Shown: positions 1-10,732 of the stretch, piece by piece
Layout: each line of letters starts with the position of its first letter
How positions within the stretch are numbered: position 1 is the stretch's first letter
Origin: Candidatus Dormiibacterota bacterium
Lineage (GTDB): Bacteria; Chloroflexota; Dormibacteria; Aeolococcales; Aeolococcaceae
Direction of reading: 5' to 3'
Assembly: GCA_963709585.1 (NCBI GenBank)
Contig: CAVPXI010000007.1
Location: forward strand, 192,001 to 256,000
DNA length: 64,000 nt
Translations under genes and position numbers: made by a program
The notes under the pieces: generated by a model
Databases searched by the model: none
The model's input: only the letters and a program-made list of their open reading frames with translations
What the model was told of the DNA's origin: nothing

Positions 1-1
1 G

Positions 2-130
2 ATGCATCGCACCTTCGGCGAGGTCTGGGAGAGCGCCCACGAACACAACGTGTCACTCCGTCACGGCGCGTACTTCCAGGCGATCGAACGTGTTGCCGAG
101 GCCACGCTTGACCGCGGCATCTACCCCTGA
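2..130 (+). CDS. 3' end of a Glu/Leu/Phe/Val dehydrogenase (partial; begins before the window)
   Basis: Frame from nt 2 reads ...[38 protein letters not shown], resembling the C-terminus of glutamate dehydrogenases. Confidence 0.75.
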   Translation: MHRTFGEVWESAHEHNVSLRHGAYFQAIERVAEATLDRGIYP

Positions 131-134
131 GACC

Positions 135-1094
135 GTGGCGGAGCAGCGCGACGTCATCGGGCCGGTCGACGGGCGCGTCGTGCCTCGCTACACAGGCCTG
201 AGCACGTTCGCGCGACTACCGCGCATCGAGGACGTCGCACACGCCGATGTCGCGGTCGTCGGCGTCCCGTTTGATTCGGGGGTCAGCTACCGGCCGGGCG
301 CACGGTTCGGTCCGGCCCACATCCGCCAATCCTCCCGGCTGCTGCGTCCGTACAACCCCGCGCTCGACATCGGCCCGTTCGATGGGCAGCAGGTCGCGGA
401 CGCCGGCGACGTCGCCTGCAATCCCTTCAACATCGCCGAGGCGATCACCCAGATCGAGACGGCGGCGACGGCGCTTCTCGAACGCGGTGCGCGCCTCATC
501 ACGCTCGGCGGCGACCACACCATCGCCCTCCCGCTCCTGCGCGCCATGCACAAGCGGCACGGGCCGGTGGCGGTGCTTCACTTCGACGCCCACCTCGACA
601 CGTGGGATACGTACTTCGGCGAACCGTACACGCACGGAACGCCGTTTCGGCGCGCGTCCGAGGAGGGCCTCATCGATCTCGGACACTCGATGCACATCGG
701 CATTCGCGGGCCCCTCTACGATCGAAGCGACCTCGTCGACACCGAGCGTCTCGGCTTCACCACGATCAGCTGCGTCGAGATCGAGGAGCTCGGTGTCGCC
801 GGGACCGTCGCACGCATGCGCGACCGTCTCGGCCGAGGTCCTGTGTACGTCTCGATCGACATCGACGTCCTCGATCCCGCCCACGCGCCGGCGACCGGGA
901 CGCCCGAGGCCGGAGGGATGACCAGCCGCGAGTTGCTCGGCGTCATCCGCGGCATCGCCGGTCTGCAGGTCGCCTCCGCCGACATCGTCGAGGTCGCCCC
1001 ACCCTTCGATCACGCCGAGATCACCGGCATCGCGGCCGCTCACGTCGTCTATGAGCTGCTGTCAGTCATGGCACCAACCCACGGAGGAGAGTAG
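135..1094 (+). CDS. speB: Agmatinase / ureohydrolase family protein
   Basis: GGDH, HFDAHLD, HGTPF and SIDIDVLDP Mn-binding motifs. GTG start chosen just after the upstream stop. Confidence 0.88.
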   Translation: MAEQRDVIGPVDGRVVPRYTGLSTFARLPRIEDVAHADVAVVGVPFDSGVSYRPGARFGPAHIRQSSRLLRPYNPALDIGPFDGQQVADAGDVACNPFNIAEAITQIETAATALLERGARLITLGGDHTIALPLLRAMHKRHGPVAVLHFDAHLDTWDTYFGEPYTHGTPFRRASEEGLIDLGHSMHIGIRGPLYDRSDLVDTERLGFTTISCVEIEELGVAGTVARMRDRLGRGPVYVSIDIDVLDPAHAPATGTPEAGGMTSRELLGVIRGIAGLQVASADIVEVAPPFDHAEITGIAAAHVVYELLSVMAPTHGGE

Positions 1095-1099
1095 ACACC

Positions 1100-2560
1100 A
1101 TGGCAACCGAAACCGCCCACCAGGCGCCACCGCGCGGGCTCGAGGTCCGATCGATCGATTACGTGCCGCTCGCCGAGCGTCACGGCAAGCTCTGGCACCT
1201 CGGACCGCTATGGTTCATGAGCAACGCGCAGATCGCGACGCTCGCCGTCGGGCTGGTGAGCATCACGACCGGCGGCAACGTGATCTGGTCCCTGCTGGCG
1301 ATCCTCGCCGGGGTCCTCTTCGGCACCTTTTTCATGGCCTTCCACTCAGCGCAGGGTCCGCAGCTCGGACTGCCCCAGATGATCCAGTCGCGCCCGCAGT
1401 TCGGCTACATCGGCGCGCTGCTGGTGTGGCTGTTCGCGTACCTCCAGTACGCCGGGTTCAACGTCTTCAACACCATCCTGGCCGGTCAGGGTGTGGCCGT
1501 GACCGTCGGCGGCGACCCGAGGATCTGGATCGTCATCGCCACGGTGCTCGCGCTCATCGTGGCCCTGGTCGGGTATGACCTCATCCATCGCGTCGAGCGG
1601 TTCTTGACCTACGCGTTCATCGTGCTCTTCGGGCTGTTCACGATCGTGGTCGTTCTCAAGGTCGGGCTCCCCGCGGACTCCTTCAACCTTGGCCATTTCC
1701 AGGCGACCCCGTTCCTGGCGCAGTTCGGCGTGGTGGCGGGCTACCAGATCAGCTGGGCGATCTACGTGTCCGACTACTCACGCTACCTGCCCCCCAACGT
1801 CACCATCAGCCGCACCTTCTACTGGACGTACGGCGGGTCCGCACTCGGTGCCTTCTGGCTCATGGCTCTCGGCACCCTGCTCGCCGCGTCGCTCAAGACC
1901 GGGGCGATCTTCGACACCATCGGGTCGATCCATAACGCGGGCAACCTGCTGTTCAACGGCTTCGGCGGCATCATCCTCATCTTCTCGGCGCTTGGACTCA
2001 TCTCAGTGACCGCGCTGAACATGTACGGCGGATCGCTGACACTCATCAGCGCCATCGACTCCTTCGTCAAGATCCGCCCGACGCTGAGCGTCCGTGCGAT
2101 CACCATCACCATCACCGCCGCGCTCGGGTTGATCGGAGCGCTGATCAGCTCGCAGGACTTCCTCAACAACTTCACCAACTTCCTCCTCCTGGTGCTCTAC
2201 TTCTTCATCCCGTGGACCTCGGTCAACCTCGTCGACTACTACATCGTGCGGCGCGGGCACTACGCGATCGAGCAGATTTTTACGCCCGACGGCATCTACG
2301 GTCGCTGGGGCTGGCGTGGGATCGTGAGCTACCTCATCGGCTTCGCCGCGATGACCCCCTTCTTCAGCACCGGGTTGTACGAGGGCTTCGTCGCCAAAGA
2401 CCTCGGGGGCGCAGACATCTCCATCTTCATCGGGCTGCCGGTGGCCGCGATCCTCTATTACGTGCTCACCCGCTCGCTCGACACCGCACACGAACGCGCG
2501 GTTGCGGCGCAGACGGACGTGAATCTCGAGCAACTCGCCGAGGCGCACTCGCGGACCTAG
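1100..2560 (+). CDS. NCS1-family (purine-cytosine) permease
   Basis: About 12 hydrophobic segments, GPQLGLPQMIQSRPQFG and SDYSRYLP motifs, GGAGGAG RBS. Confidence 0.9.
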   Translation: MATETAHQAPPRGLEVRSIDYVPLAERHGKLWHLGPLWFMSNAQIATLAVGLVSITTGGNVIWSLLAILAGVLFGTFFMAFHSAQGPQLGLPQMIQSRPQFGYIGALLVWLFAYLQYAGFNVFNTILAGQGVAVTVGGDPRIWIVIATVLALIVALVGYDLIHRVERFLTYAFIVLFGLFTIVVVLKVGLPADSFNLGHFQATPFLAQFGVVAGYQISWAIYVSDYSRYLPPNVTISRTFYWTYGGSALGAFWLMALGTLLAASLKTGAIFDTIGSIHNAGNLLFNGFGGIILIFSALGLISVTALNMYGGSLTLISAIDSFVKIRPTLSVRAITITITAALGLIGALISSQDFLNNFTNFLLLVLYFFIPWTSVNLVDYYIVRRGHYAIEQIFTPDGIYGRWGWRGIVSYLIGFAAMTPFFSTGLYEGFVAKDLGGADISIFIGLPVAAILYYVLTRSLDTAHERAVAAQTDVNLEQLAEAHSRT

Positions 2561-2565
2561 ACGGC

Positions 2566-4014
2566 ATGACAACGGACGCATTCGCTGCCGACGCCTTTGC
2601 GTCGGCGGCCTCCGTCCGTGCGGGCGAGGTGTCGGCAGCTGAGCTGGTCGAGGCGTCGCTCGATGCGATCGCTCGCGACAACCCTGCGATCAACGCGTTC
2701 ACCGTGGTCCTGGCGGACGAGGCGCGCGCGCAGGCTCGCGACGCCGATGCCGCGGTCAGTCGCGGCGAGCAGGCGCCGCTCCTCGGCGTTCCGATCACCA
2801 TCAAGGACCACATCTGGATGCGTGGCGCACCCGCGACCAACGGATCGCTCGCATACCGCACCTTCGTCCCGGACGTGGACTGCGAGGCGGTCGCGAGGCT
2901 GAGAGCCGCGGGCGCGATCATCGTCGGCAAGACGAACAACCCCGAATTCTGTTATCGCGGGACCACCGACAATCGCGTGTTCGGTGTGACCCGCAACCCG
3001 TGGAACCTGTCGCGGACCCCGGGCGGCTCGAGCGGCGGCGCCGGCGCATCCGTTGCCGCCGGGATGACGCCGATCGCGCTCGGGACCGACGGTGGTGGCT
3101 CGGTTCGGATCCCCGCGTCGTTCTGCGGAGTCGTTGGCCACAAGCCGACCTTCGGCCTGGTGCCGAAGGAGCCAGGGTTCAAGGGCTGGAAGACGCTTTC
3201 GGTCGACGGTCCGATCACGCGCTCGGTGCGCGACGCCGCCCTCGCGCTCTCCGTTCTGGCAGGCCCCGCCGCTGCCGACGACATGACCTATCCCGTCCCA
3301 GCGCAGGACTATGTCGCGGCCGCCACCGAGGAGCGCGACATCAGCTCGCTTCGCATCGCCTACAGCGTTGACATGGGATTCGCTCCGGTCGACCCCGATG
3401 TGCGAACCGCTTTTGCCCGCGCCATCGACACGCTCTCAAATCTCGGGTGCAACCTCACCGAGGTCTATCCGTCGACGGACAACCCGATCACGATGTGGAA
3501 CCTCTTCGCCCTCTGCGAGGGTTACGCATCGGAGGGGCCGCTGCTCGCGGAATGGGAGTCGCAGATGAGCCCGGGAACAGCGGAGATCATCCGCGCCGGG
3601 CGAGATCTCGCCGGGTGGGAATACGTCGATGGCCTGCATGCACGTGGCGCGTACACGCGAATCTGGTCGGAATTCTTCACCGGCTACGACCTGCTGGTCA
3701 CGCCGTGCATGCAGCTCACCGCCTTCGACATCGACATCCTGTCGCCGGCATCGATCGACGGCCAGCCCGTCGATCCGTTCTTCGACGACTGGTGCAGCCT
3801 CATGCTCCCCGCGAACCTCACCGGGCAGCCCGCGATCTCTATCCCGATGGGTTTTGGAGACGACGGACTTCCGGTCGGCCTGCAGGTGATGGGGCGCCGC
3901 TTTGACGACGCGACGGTGATCGCGCTGGCTGCCGCGTTCGAGCGGGCGGCACCCCGGAAAGGCCTTGTGGACGTGGGATCGGGGTTCGAGTACCCTCGGG
4001 TCATCGAGCGCTGA
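2566..4014 (+). CDS. Amidase-signature family amidase
   Basis: GVPITIKD, PGGSSGG and GTDGGGSVRIPASFCG. ATG 5 nt after the permease stop. Confidence 0.9.
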   Translation: MTTDAFAADAFASAASVRAGEVSAAELVEASLDAIARDNPAINAFTVVLADEARAQARDADAAVSRGEQAPLLGVPITIKDHIWMRGAPATNGSLAYRTFVPDVDCEAVARLRAAGAIIVGKTNNPEFCYRGTTDNRVFGVTRNPWNLSRTPGGSSGGAGASVAAGMTPIALGTDGGGSVRIPASFCGVVGHKPTFGLVPKEPGFKGWKTLSVDGPITRSVRDAALALSVLAGPAAADDMTYPVPAQDYVAAATEERDISSLRIAYSVDMGFAPVDPDVRTAFARAIDTLSNLGCNLTEVYPSTDNPITMWNLFALCEGYASEGPLLAEWESQMSPGTAEIIRAGRDLAGWEYVDGLHARGAYTRIWSEFFTGYDLLVTPCMQLTAFDIDILSPASIDGQPVDPFFDDWCSLMLPANLTGQPAISIPMGFGDDGLPVGLQVMGRRFDDATVIALAAAFERAAPRKGLVDVGSGFEYPRVIER

Positions 4015-4038
4015 GGAGGTCTATTTCGGGCGACGGCA

Positions 4039-7000
4039 GTGAAGGAGCGCACCCTCTGCCCGATTCTGGTCGGCCGTGAATCCGAGCTGGCTGCCCTGGA
4101 AGACGCCCTGATCGATGCCGCCCGTGCTGACGGGCGCTTCGTGGTCATCGCCGGCGACGCCGGGATGGGCAAGACGCGGCTCACCAGCGAGGCTCAGGGA
4201 TGCGCTGCCAGGCTCGGCTTCACGACTCTTCGCGGTGGCTGCGCACCGATGGACGTCGCCATCCCGTATCTGCCGTTGCTCGAGGCGGCCGGCAACGGGC
4301 TCGCACGCTCCGACCTCGCCCGCGTGCGTGCCTGGGTGGGACCCGCGGCCGCTGAGCTGGGAAGTCTGTTTCCGCAGCTGGAGGATGACACGCAGCCAGA
4401 GGCGCGCAACGCCGGAGGCGAGGGCACGCTGCGCCTCTTCGAGTCGGTGGTCATGCTCCTCAGCGCCCTCGGCGAGGGCGGTCCCCTGCTCTTCATCATC
4501 GAGGACCTGCAGTGGTCTGACCCCGCAACGCGCGACCTGGTCGACTACCTCGCCCGCCGCGCTCCGAGCCTGCCGTTGCTCGTGCTGGCGACGTATCGCA
4601 GTGACGAGCTGCACCGCCGCCACCCACTCCGTTCGACCGTGCACGGGTGGCGGCGTGGTGGACTCGCTGAATTCGTCGAACTCGCGCCGTTGAAACGTGA
4701 GGACGTGAGCGCGATGTCGCAGGCGATCCTCGACGACGAGGTGTCCGAAGAGTTTCGCGATTACATCCACGATCGAACCGAGGGGAGCCCGCTCGCGCTC
4801 GAGGAGATGCTCCGCGAGGCGATCGATCGCGGCGACATCTTTCGCTCCGCACGTGGTTGGGATCGCAAGCCGCTCACCCAGCTCCGGATTCCGCGGGCCG
4901 TTGCCGAGGTCGTCCTGTTGCGCCTGGATCGGCTCGACGAGCAGAAGACGTCGGTTCTGAGTGCGGCGTCGGTGCTCGGACGATCCTTCAGCTACGGCGC
5001 GCTCGCGGCCATCACCGCCCTGATCGACTCGACGGTGCGTGGCGCGCTCGAGGAATTGGTGAAGGACCAGATGCTCGAGCCCGACGCCGACGTACGGGGA
5101 TCCTTCCGCTTCCGGCACGCGCTCATCCAGGAGGCCGTGTACGACCAGATCCTCTCGCCACATCGTGACGACCTGCACCTCCGCGTTGCCGGCGTGCTGC
5201 GCGACGCGAACGCGCCCGGGGTGGAGGTGGGAAGTCATCTCCTCCGTGGCGGGCGAATCGACGAGGCAGTGCCGGTGCTGCTCGTGGCCGCGGACGAAGC
5301 GATGACCAACTTCGCGGCGCGCACGGCAGTCGAGGTCTACATGCGCGTGCTGCCGCACATCGGTGACTTTGCGCTTCGGGGACGCGTGCTCTGCCGGCTC
5401 GGCGAATCGTTGTGGCGGAGCAGCCAGGTCACGGCTGCCGAACGTTGCCTGCGCGACGCGATCGCGGTCGTCATGCCCGGCGACGACCCGGCACTGGCGG
5501 CGCGCTGCAGACACCTGCTCGGGGCATGCCTGCACGATCAGGGCCGCACCGACGAGGAAGAGGCGGAGTACCAGGCCGCACTCCTGATGCTCGCGCCCCT
5601 GGGTCCCAGCGAGGACCTCGCCACCGTGTATCTGCGGCTTTCGCGACTGCGATGGAGCCGGTGCGACGACGCCGGAACCATCGCGATGGCCGGCGACGCT
5701 ATCAACGTTGCGGAGATGGCCCATGCCGATGCGGTGCGCATCTGGGCAGGGACGTACCTGGGCGCGGCAACCGCCGACCAGGGTGATACCGACGCCGGGC
5801 TCGAGGTGCTGCAGCGCTGCTGCGATGAAGCGGTCGTCAAGCAGATGTACTGGATTGCGGCATCCGCGCTACGTCTCGAGATGGACGTGCTCATCCGCGC
5901 CCTGCGCCACCGCGAGGTTCCCGCCCTGCTCAGCAAACTCCGAGCGGTGCCCGGGATGTCTCCCGCCGATGAGGCGGTCGCGGGGTGCATCGAAGCAACG
6001 GTCGCGTTCGAGCAAGGCGATGTGGTGAGGTGCGTCGTGCTCGTCGAGGACGCGCAGAAGATGGCTCGGCGCGCCGGCCAGGAGCACATCGCTGAGGGTG
6101 CGACCCTGCTGCTCGCGGCTGCTCATCTTGCGAGCGACGAGCTCCTCGCCGCACGCTCACTGCTCTCCCCGATCGAGTTTTCGAGTTCCGCGTTGTTGGA
6201 GTTGCTCCTCCCGACAGCGGTGACTCTCGATATCGTTGAGAACGATGCTGCGGCTGCGGCGAGCAAGGCGCAGGTCGCGCTCACTCGTCTCAGCGATACA
6301 GAGGTGGGCGCGATCATCTCCGAGGCCGCCGTCCGCGCCTTTGTTGCAGCCGGGCGGATCGACGAAGCCGAGCGCCTGCTTTCCAGCGCCCACAACTTTG
6401 CGGGGCCCGCACGCGAGCCGTACCTGGAGCGTGCCGCTGGCGCGATCGCGCTGGCAGCGGGACGACCTGCCGACGCAATCGGTGTGTTCGAACGCGCCGC
6501 GGCGACGTTTGCGCGAGCCGGGTCCAGATGGGAGGAACTGTGGACTCGGCTGTTGCTTGCGCGCGCTCGCGCCGCTGCCGGCGATGCGGCGGCTGCGGCC
6601 GACGACCTCGCGAACGCGTCTGCTGATGCCGAGAGGTCGGGCATCCGGCTGATTTCGCGCATCGCCAGGGAGATCCACACGGAGCTCAACCTTCCGGGCC
6701 CGGAGCGCGCAGCCGCCGGTGCGGCTCCCAGCGCGCCGAGCGACGACGCGACCGACTTCGACGCATCAGGTGGGACGGTGAGTGTTGTTGCCAGGGCAAA
6801 CGGCGCCCGCACCTCTGACCGTTGGCGGGCGTGGGGCAGGCGCGAAGCGCAGCGCCTGCACGGTGTCGTCGACGGCGCCCCTGGAGCGGTCACCGCGATA
6901 TTCGCCGGCGTGGGGGCGGATGATGCCTGGACCAACGCGCTTCGCTTCGCACTCGGGCTACGCGACAAGGGAACCCTCCTCGGCATGCCGGTCAGCGCGG

Positions 7001-7815
7001 GCGTTGCGGGCACCGCGGCCGATGCGATCCGTTTGCTCGCGGCAACCGCCTCGAACGACATCCTGGCAGGTGAGGAGATGTCGACCCAGGCGCGCGCGTG
7101 GCTCGATGCCCGGCAGCTCATCGACAGCGACCCCGCAACGGGAAGGTCGGTGCGTCTGCGCGCGCGCGTCGCCACGTCGCGGGCGGCACCGGTCGCGGCG
7201 CGGAAGGCCGCCGACGCGGCTCCTTTCGTGGAGGAGAATGAGCTCGTCCTCGAAGGTGACTTCTGGTCGGTGCGCTACGCCGGGAGGACGGTCCGCCTCA
7301 GGGACACCAAGGGATTCCACGACATCGCGCGACTGCTCGCGGCGGGCGGAACCGAGGTGGCGGCGGTGGATCTCATCGGAGCCCGCAGTCCTGCAGGTGC
7401 GAGCCTCAGCGGCATGCCGAGTTAGGGGTTCGGCATCGAGCGGGACGCGGGCGGCGTGCTCGATCCCGAGGCACGCGAGCAGTACCGGTCACGCCTGCGT
7501 GAGCTCGAACTCGAACTCGAGGATGCGGCTGCGGCCCACGACCCGGTGCGCGAGGAGCGAGCCCGGGACGAGCGCGAGTTCCTGCTCGCTGAACTGCGGT
7601 CGGCGGTCGGATTACACGGGCGCACGCGGCGCGCCATCGACCCTTCGGAGCGCGCGCGCAAGGCGGTGACCTGGCGGATCCGCGACGCGATCACCCGCGC
7701 CGAGGCGGTACACCCCCCGCTCGGGCATCACCTGCGGCGATCGGTGCGCACCGGGACCCTGTGCGTCTACGACCCCCCGGAGCCCACCCTGTGGACTTTC
7801 GTCAGCGGGGAATAA
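4039..7815 (+). CDS. AAA_16/STAND-like ATPase transcriptional regulator, interrupted by an in-frame TAG at 7423-7425
   Basis: Walker A GDAGMGKT, Walker B IIEDLQW, FRFRHALIQ, helical repeats, C-terminal ERARKAVTWRIRDAI domain. ORFs 4039-7425 and 7456-7815 share one frame. Confidence 0.75.
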
Positions 7816-8059
7816 TCCAATCCTTGACCCAGAGATGGCAGGTGTCGCACAGGCAAAAGCCCTGCACGTACTGGGCGGCCTCCTGGTGGCCCGGCGAATC
7901 CTGATGGCCGCTAGGGGGGTGCGGATGTCCAGCGAAAAAAACGCACCGCCCAGGGCATTTCGGATCCGCATTAGGAACGTTCGGATTCGCCTCCCGGTGA
8001 TAGTGGGGACAGCGTGGGCCTGGCGCCACGACCGCCGCCACATCGGGGCCGTTGGACAT
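7802..8059 (-). CDS. Small Cys/His-rich hypothetical protein (85 aa)
   Basis: GGAGG RBS 7 nt before ATG 8059; 6 Cys including CPGRC and CLCDTC. Confidence 0.55.
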   Translation of the reverse strand: MSNGPDVAAVVAPGPRCPHYHREANPNVPNADPKCPGRCVFFAGHPHPPSGHQDSPGHQEAAQYVQGFCLCDTCHLWVKDWIIPR

Positions 8060-8106
8060 ATCTCTTCCTCCGGCTCCCGATGATAGCGGCGTCCCCCCTG
8101 CTTGTG

Positions 8107-8328
8107 TCAGAGCGTCGAGCGCGACGCTGAGACGTTGGGCATCTGCGACACCTTCCTGCCAGGCCGGAACCACGAGCTGAGCGGGCGGCGAGCGCCGGTC
8201 AGCGCAGAGTCCGCCCTGCGCTCCTCGCGCGCGGCGGCTTTCGCCTGCTGCACGAGCCGGTGCCGCTCGGCTTCGCGAAGTCGATCCGCCATGCGCTCCT
8301 TCGCCATGTCGTAGGTGATCGGGATCAT
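8107..8328 (-). CDS. Small basic helical hypothetical protein (73 aa)
   Basis: GGAGG RBS; MIPITYDMAKERMADRLREAERHRL pattern. Confidence 0.65.
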   Translation of the reverse strand: MIPITYDMAKERMADRLREAERHRLVQQAKAAAREERRADSALTGARRPLSSWFRPGRKVSQMPNVSASRSTL

Positions 8329-8440
8329 CGCCTTGCCTCCGTAGGTACTCACCGGTTCAGCCGGTGCTCACCCATCACGGCGCGAGGAAGACCCTGGCGA
8401 TGCGAGGCACCGCCGCGCGAGTTCGCCGCCGCCCTAGACC

Positions 8441-8860
8441 TCAGCGCGGAAAGGGCTTTGTCTGCCCAACCTCGATCAGGTGCCCATCGGGATCACGGAT
8501 GTAGGCACGGATCTCGCGTTCGTGATCCTTCGGCTCGGTGAGGAACGTCGCGCCCTTGGCGGACCACTCTGCGTACGCCTTATGGATGTCGGCGACGCGC
8601 ACGTTGAGGAACGCGCTGGTGCGGTCGGGATCGGACGGCGTCGTGAGCGTGACCGTCGGCTTGTCGTCGGTGGGGCCACCGCCGACATTGAGGATCAGCC
8701 ACGTGTTCGCCACCTTCAAGATCACCGGATCTCGCTCCAACACGACCGTCGCGTCGAAGAGCGTCCGGTAGTACTCGCGCGACCGATCCTGGTCGGACAC
8801 GACCAGGAAGTGGGTGATCACGAAGCCGCTGGCCGGAGCGGGCAGATCGTCAGGATTCAT
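8441..8860 (-). CDS. VOC/glyoxalase family protein
   Basis: THFLVVSDQDRSREYY and IRDPDGHLIEV; GAGG RBS. Confidence 0.88.
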   Translation of the reverse strand: MNPDDLPAPASGFVITHFLVVSDQDRSREYYRTLFDATVVLERDPVILKVANTWLILNVGGGPTDDKPTVTLTTPSDPDRTSAFLNVRVADIHKAYAEWSAKGATFLTEPKDHEREIRAYIRDPDGHLIEVGQTKPFPR

Positions 8861-8988
8861 CGGCCGACACCTCAATTGCTGGTTGATCTCCACGGTACGC
8901 CGAGCTACACCCCCGTGCACCGCGCTTTGCCTACGATGGCACCGCCGGCTCACGAACGGCACCGACTGTCAGCGAGACCGTAGGAGAA

Positions 8989-9339
8989 ATGCGCATGCGG
9001 TATCTGCTCCTGTTCGCGGGAGACCAAGTGGCCTTCAACGCGATGCAACCCGTCGACACGCAGGCGATGTACTCCGAGATCGGTCGCTGGTGGTCCAAAC
9101 ACTTAGAGGGTGGAACCCTCGTCAGCGGCGAACAGCTCGAGCCGCCGAAGACAGCGACGACGGTGCGGCACGAGGGTGGCGACAGCTATGTCGTCGATGG
9201 TCCGTTCATCGAGGCCAAGGAGCACATCGGCGGGTTTGCCGTCGTCGAAGTCGGAACTCTCGATGAGGCGTTGGAGCTCGCTCGCACCTGGCCTGCGGGC
9301 GGCAGCGTGGAAGTACGGCGGGTCGTCGAACGGGGCTGA
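8989..9339 (+). CDS. YciI/DGPF-domain protein
   Basis: VVDGPFIEAKEHIGGF and GSVEVRR; AGGAG RBS. Confidence 0.9.
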   Translation: MRMRYLLLFAGDQVAFNAMQPVDTQAMYSEIGRWWSKHLEGGTLVSGEQLEPPKTATTVRHEGGDSYVVDGPFIEAKEHIGGFAVVEVGTLDEALELARTWPAGGSVEVRRVVERG

Positions 9340-9399
9340 GGACGAGGCGCGAAAGCGTGGCCCTCGAGGGATTGCGCCAACGTTTTGCGGACGCGTATC

Positions 9400-9419
9400 A
9401 TTCAACCCTATGGTTGAAT
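9400..9419. promoter_or_regulatory. Inverted-repeat operator over the ArsR start codon
   Basis: Perfect ATTCAACC-N4-GGTTGAAT, next to TTGCGC-18-TATCAT promoter-like elements. Confidence 0.75.
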
Positions 9420-9742
9420 ATGAGCCGAGGTTGGACGGAACATTTGCAGCGTTGAGCCACCCCGTGCGACGAGAGATGCTCACCGCACTTCGTGGCGGGC
9501 CGATGCGGGTGACCGAACTCGCCGAACCGTTCACCGTCTCGCTCGCCGCATCCTCCAAACACATCAGGGTCCTCGAGCACGCGGGGCTTGTCGCCCGCAG
9601 GATTTCAGGGCGCGATCATTTGCTCGCCCTCGAAGCGCTTCCGCTTGCGGGGGCAGGGCACTGGATCAATGCCTACCGTCAGTTCTGGGAAGACCGCCTC
9701 GACGCCCTCGATGCCCAACTCCGCCGGAGATCACGCGGATGA
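9410..9742 (+). CDS. ArsR/SmtB-family regulator
   Basis: FAALSHPVRREML and SKHIRVLEHAGLV; coupled to SRPBCC genes. Confidence 0.9.
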   Translation: MVEYEPRLDGTFAALSHPVRREMLTALRGGPMRVTELAEPFTVSLAASSKHIRVLEHAGLVARRISGRDHLLALEALPLAGAGHWINAYRQFWEDRLDALDAQLRRRSRG

Positions 9743-10218
9743 CCGAGGCGCCGCGGCCGGCATCGGCCAACGCCGTTCGCGTTGAGCGATTGCTCCCAGC
9801 CCCGATCGACGAGGTCTATGCGGCCTGGACTGATCCGGAACAGATGGCGCCATGGCTGGCCCCGACCGGCCATGCCGAAGTCGAGGCGGACGTGCGAGTG
9901 GGGGGCCAGTTCCGCGTGACCATGATTGACGGCGACTTTCGCCTCCTGCACACCGGCGAATACCTGGTGGTTGAACCACCCCGCCGGCTCTCGTTCACAT
10001 GGCGCTCGCCATACACAGGCCCCGATCCCAGCCAGGTCGACGTCATCCTCACCGCGCGCGGGTCGGCGACACTTCTGGTTCTTCTGCACGACCGGCTGCC
10101 GGACGAGACGAGGTCATCGCACGAGGGTGGTTGGGCGACGATTCTCGATCGCCTGACTGCGTCGTTGGAGCGTCGGATCACGGCTACGCCCGAGCGAACA
10201 GAGGGAGTGACTCAGTGA
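9739..10218 (+). CDS. SRPBCC/AHSA1 domain protein
   Basis: VYAAWTDPE, DVRVGG, EPPRRLSFTW, HEGGW; ATGA overlap. Confidence 0.88.
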   Translation: MTEAPRPASANAVRVERLLPAPIDEVYAAWTDPEQMAPWLAPTGHAEVEADVRVGGQFRVTMIDGDFRLLHTGEYLVVEPPRRLSFTWRSPYTGPDPSQVDVILTARGSATLLVLLHDRLPDETRSSHEGGWATILDRLTASLERRITATPERTEGVTQ

Positions 10219-10682
10219 CCGTCGATGTCCGAACCGAAATCGACATGGACGTTCCGCGTGAGACGGTTGCGGCATACGCGATGGACCCCGACAACGCCAC
10301 GATCTGGTACGAGAACATCAGGTCCGTGACGTGGGAGACGCCCAAGCCGCTCGGCATCGGCTCACGTTTTGCGTTCGTCGCCCGATTTCTCGGCCGCCGG
10401 TTTGCCTACGTCTATGAGGTCAGGGAATTGGTGCCCGGCCAGCGTTTCGTGATGTCCACCGCCCAGGGACCTTTCCCAATGGAGACAAGCTACGAATGGG
10501 AGGACACCTCGACTGGCGGGACTCGAATGACGATCAGGAATCGTGGTGAGCCATCGGGCTTCTCCAAAGTCGCCGCACCGATGATGTCCCGAGCCATGCA
10601 CCGCGCTAACAACAAGGACCTGCACCGCTTCAAGGTCATCCTCGAGTCGGGCACGGCTCAGTCGATTTCGAAAGCGGGCTAA
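10215..10682 (+). CDS. SRPBCC family (polyketide cyclase-like) protein
   Basis: GTGA overlap; AYAMDPDNATIWYENI and GPFPMETSYEW. Confidence 0.85.
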   Translation: MTVDVRTEIDMDVPRETVAAYAMDPDNATIWYENIRSVTWETPKPLGIGSRFAFVARFLGRRFAYVYEVRELVPGQRFVMSTAQGPFPMETSYEWEDTSTGGTRMTIRNRGEPSGFSKVAAPMMSRAMHRANNKDLHRFKVILESGTAQSISKAG

Positions 10683-10732
10683 GGCGCTCCGAGCGTTCTG
10701 CGAAGGACCCTCCGGGCGTCAGTCAGAGCGTT

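Noticed and set aside
4021-5724. Long antisense or alternate-frame ORFs (also 17683-19044, 23690-25042, 32915-34270, 47659-48840, 48833-50152)
   Set aside because: These are shadow ORFs typical of high-GC DNA, lying opposite well-supported genes and carrying no recognisable motifs.
7423-7425. Pyrrolysine or programmed amber recoding
   Set aside because: No pyl genes are in the window, and TAG is used as a normal stop by several other genes here.
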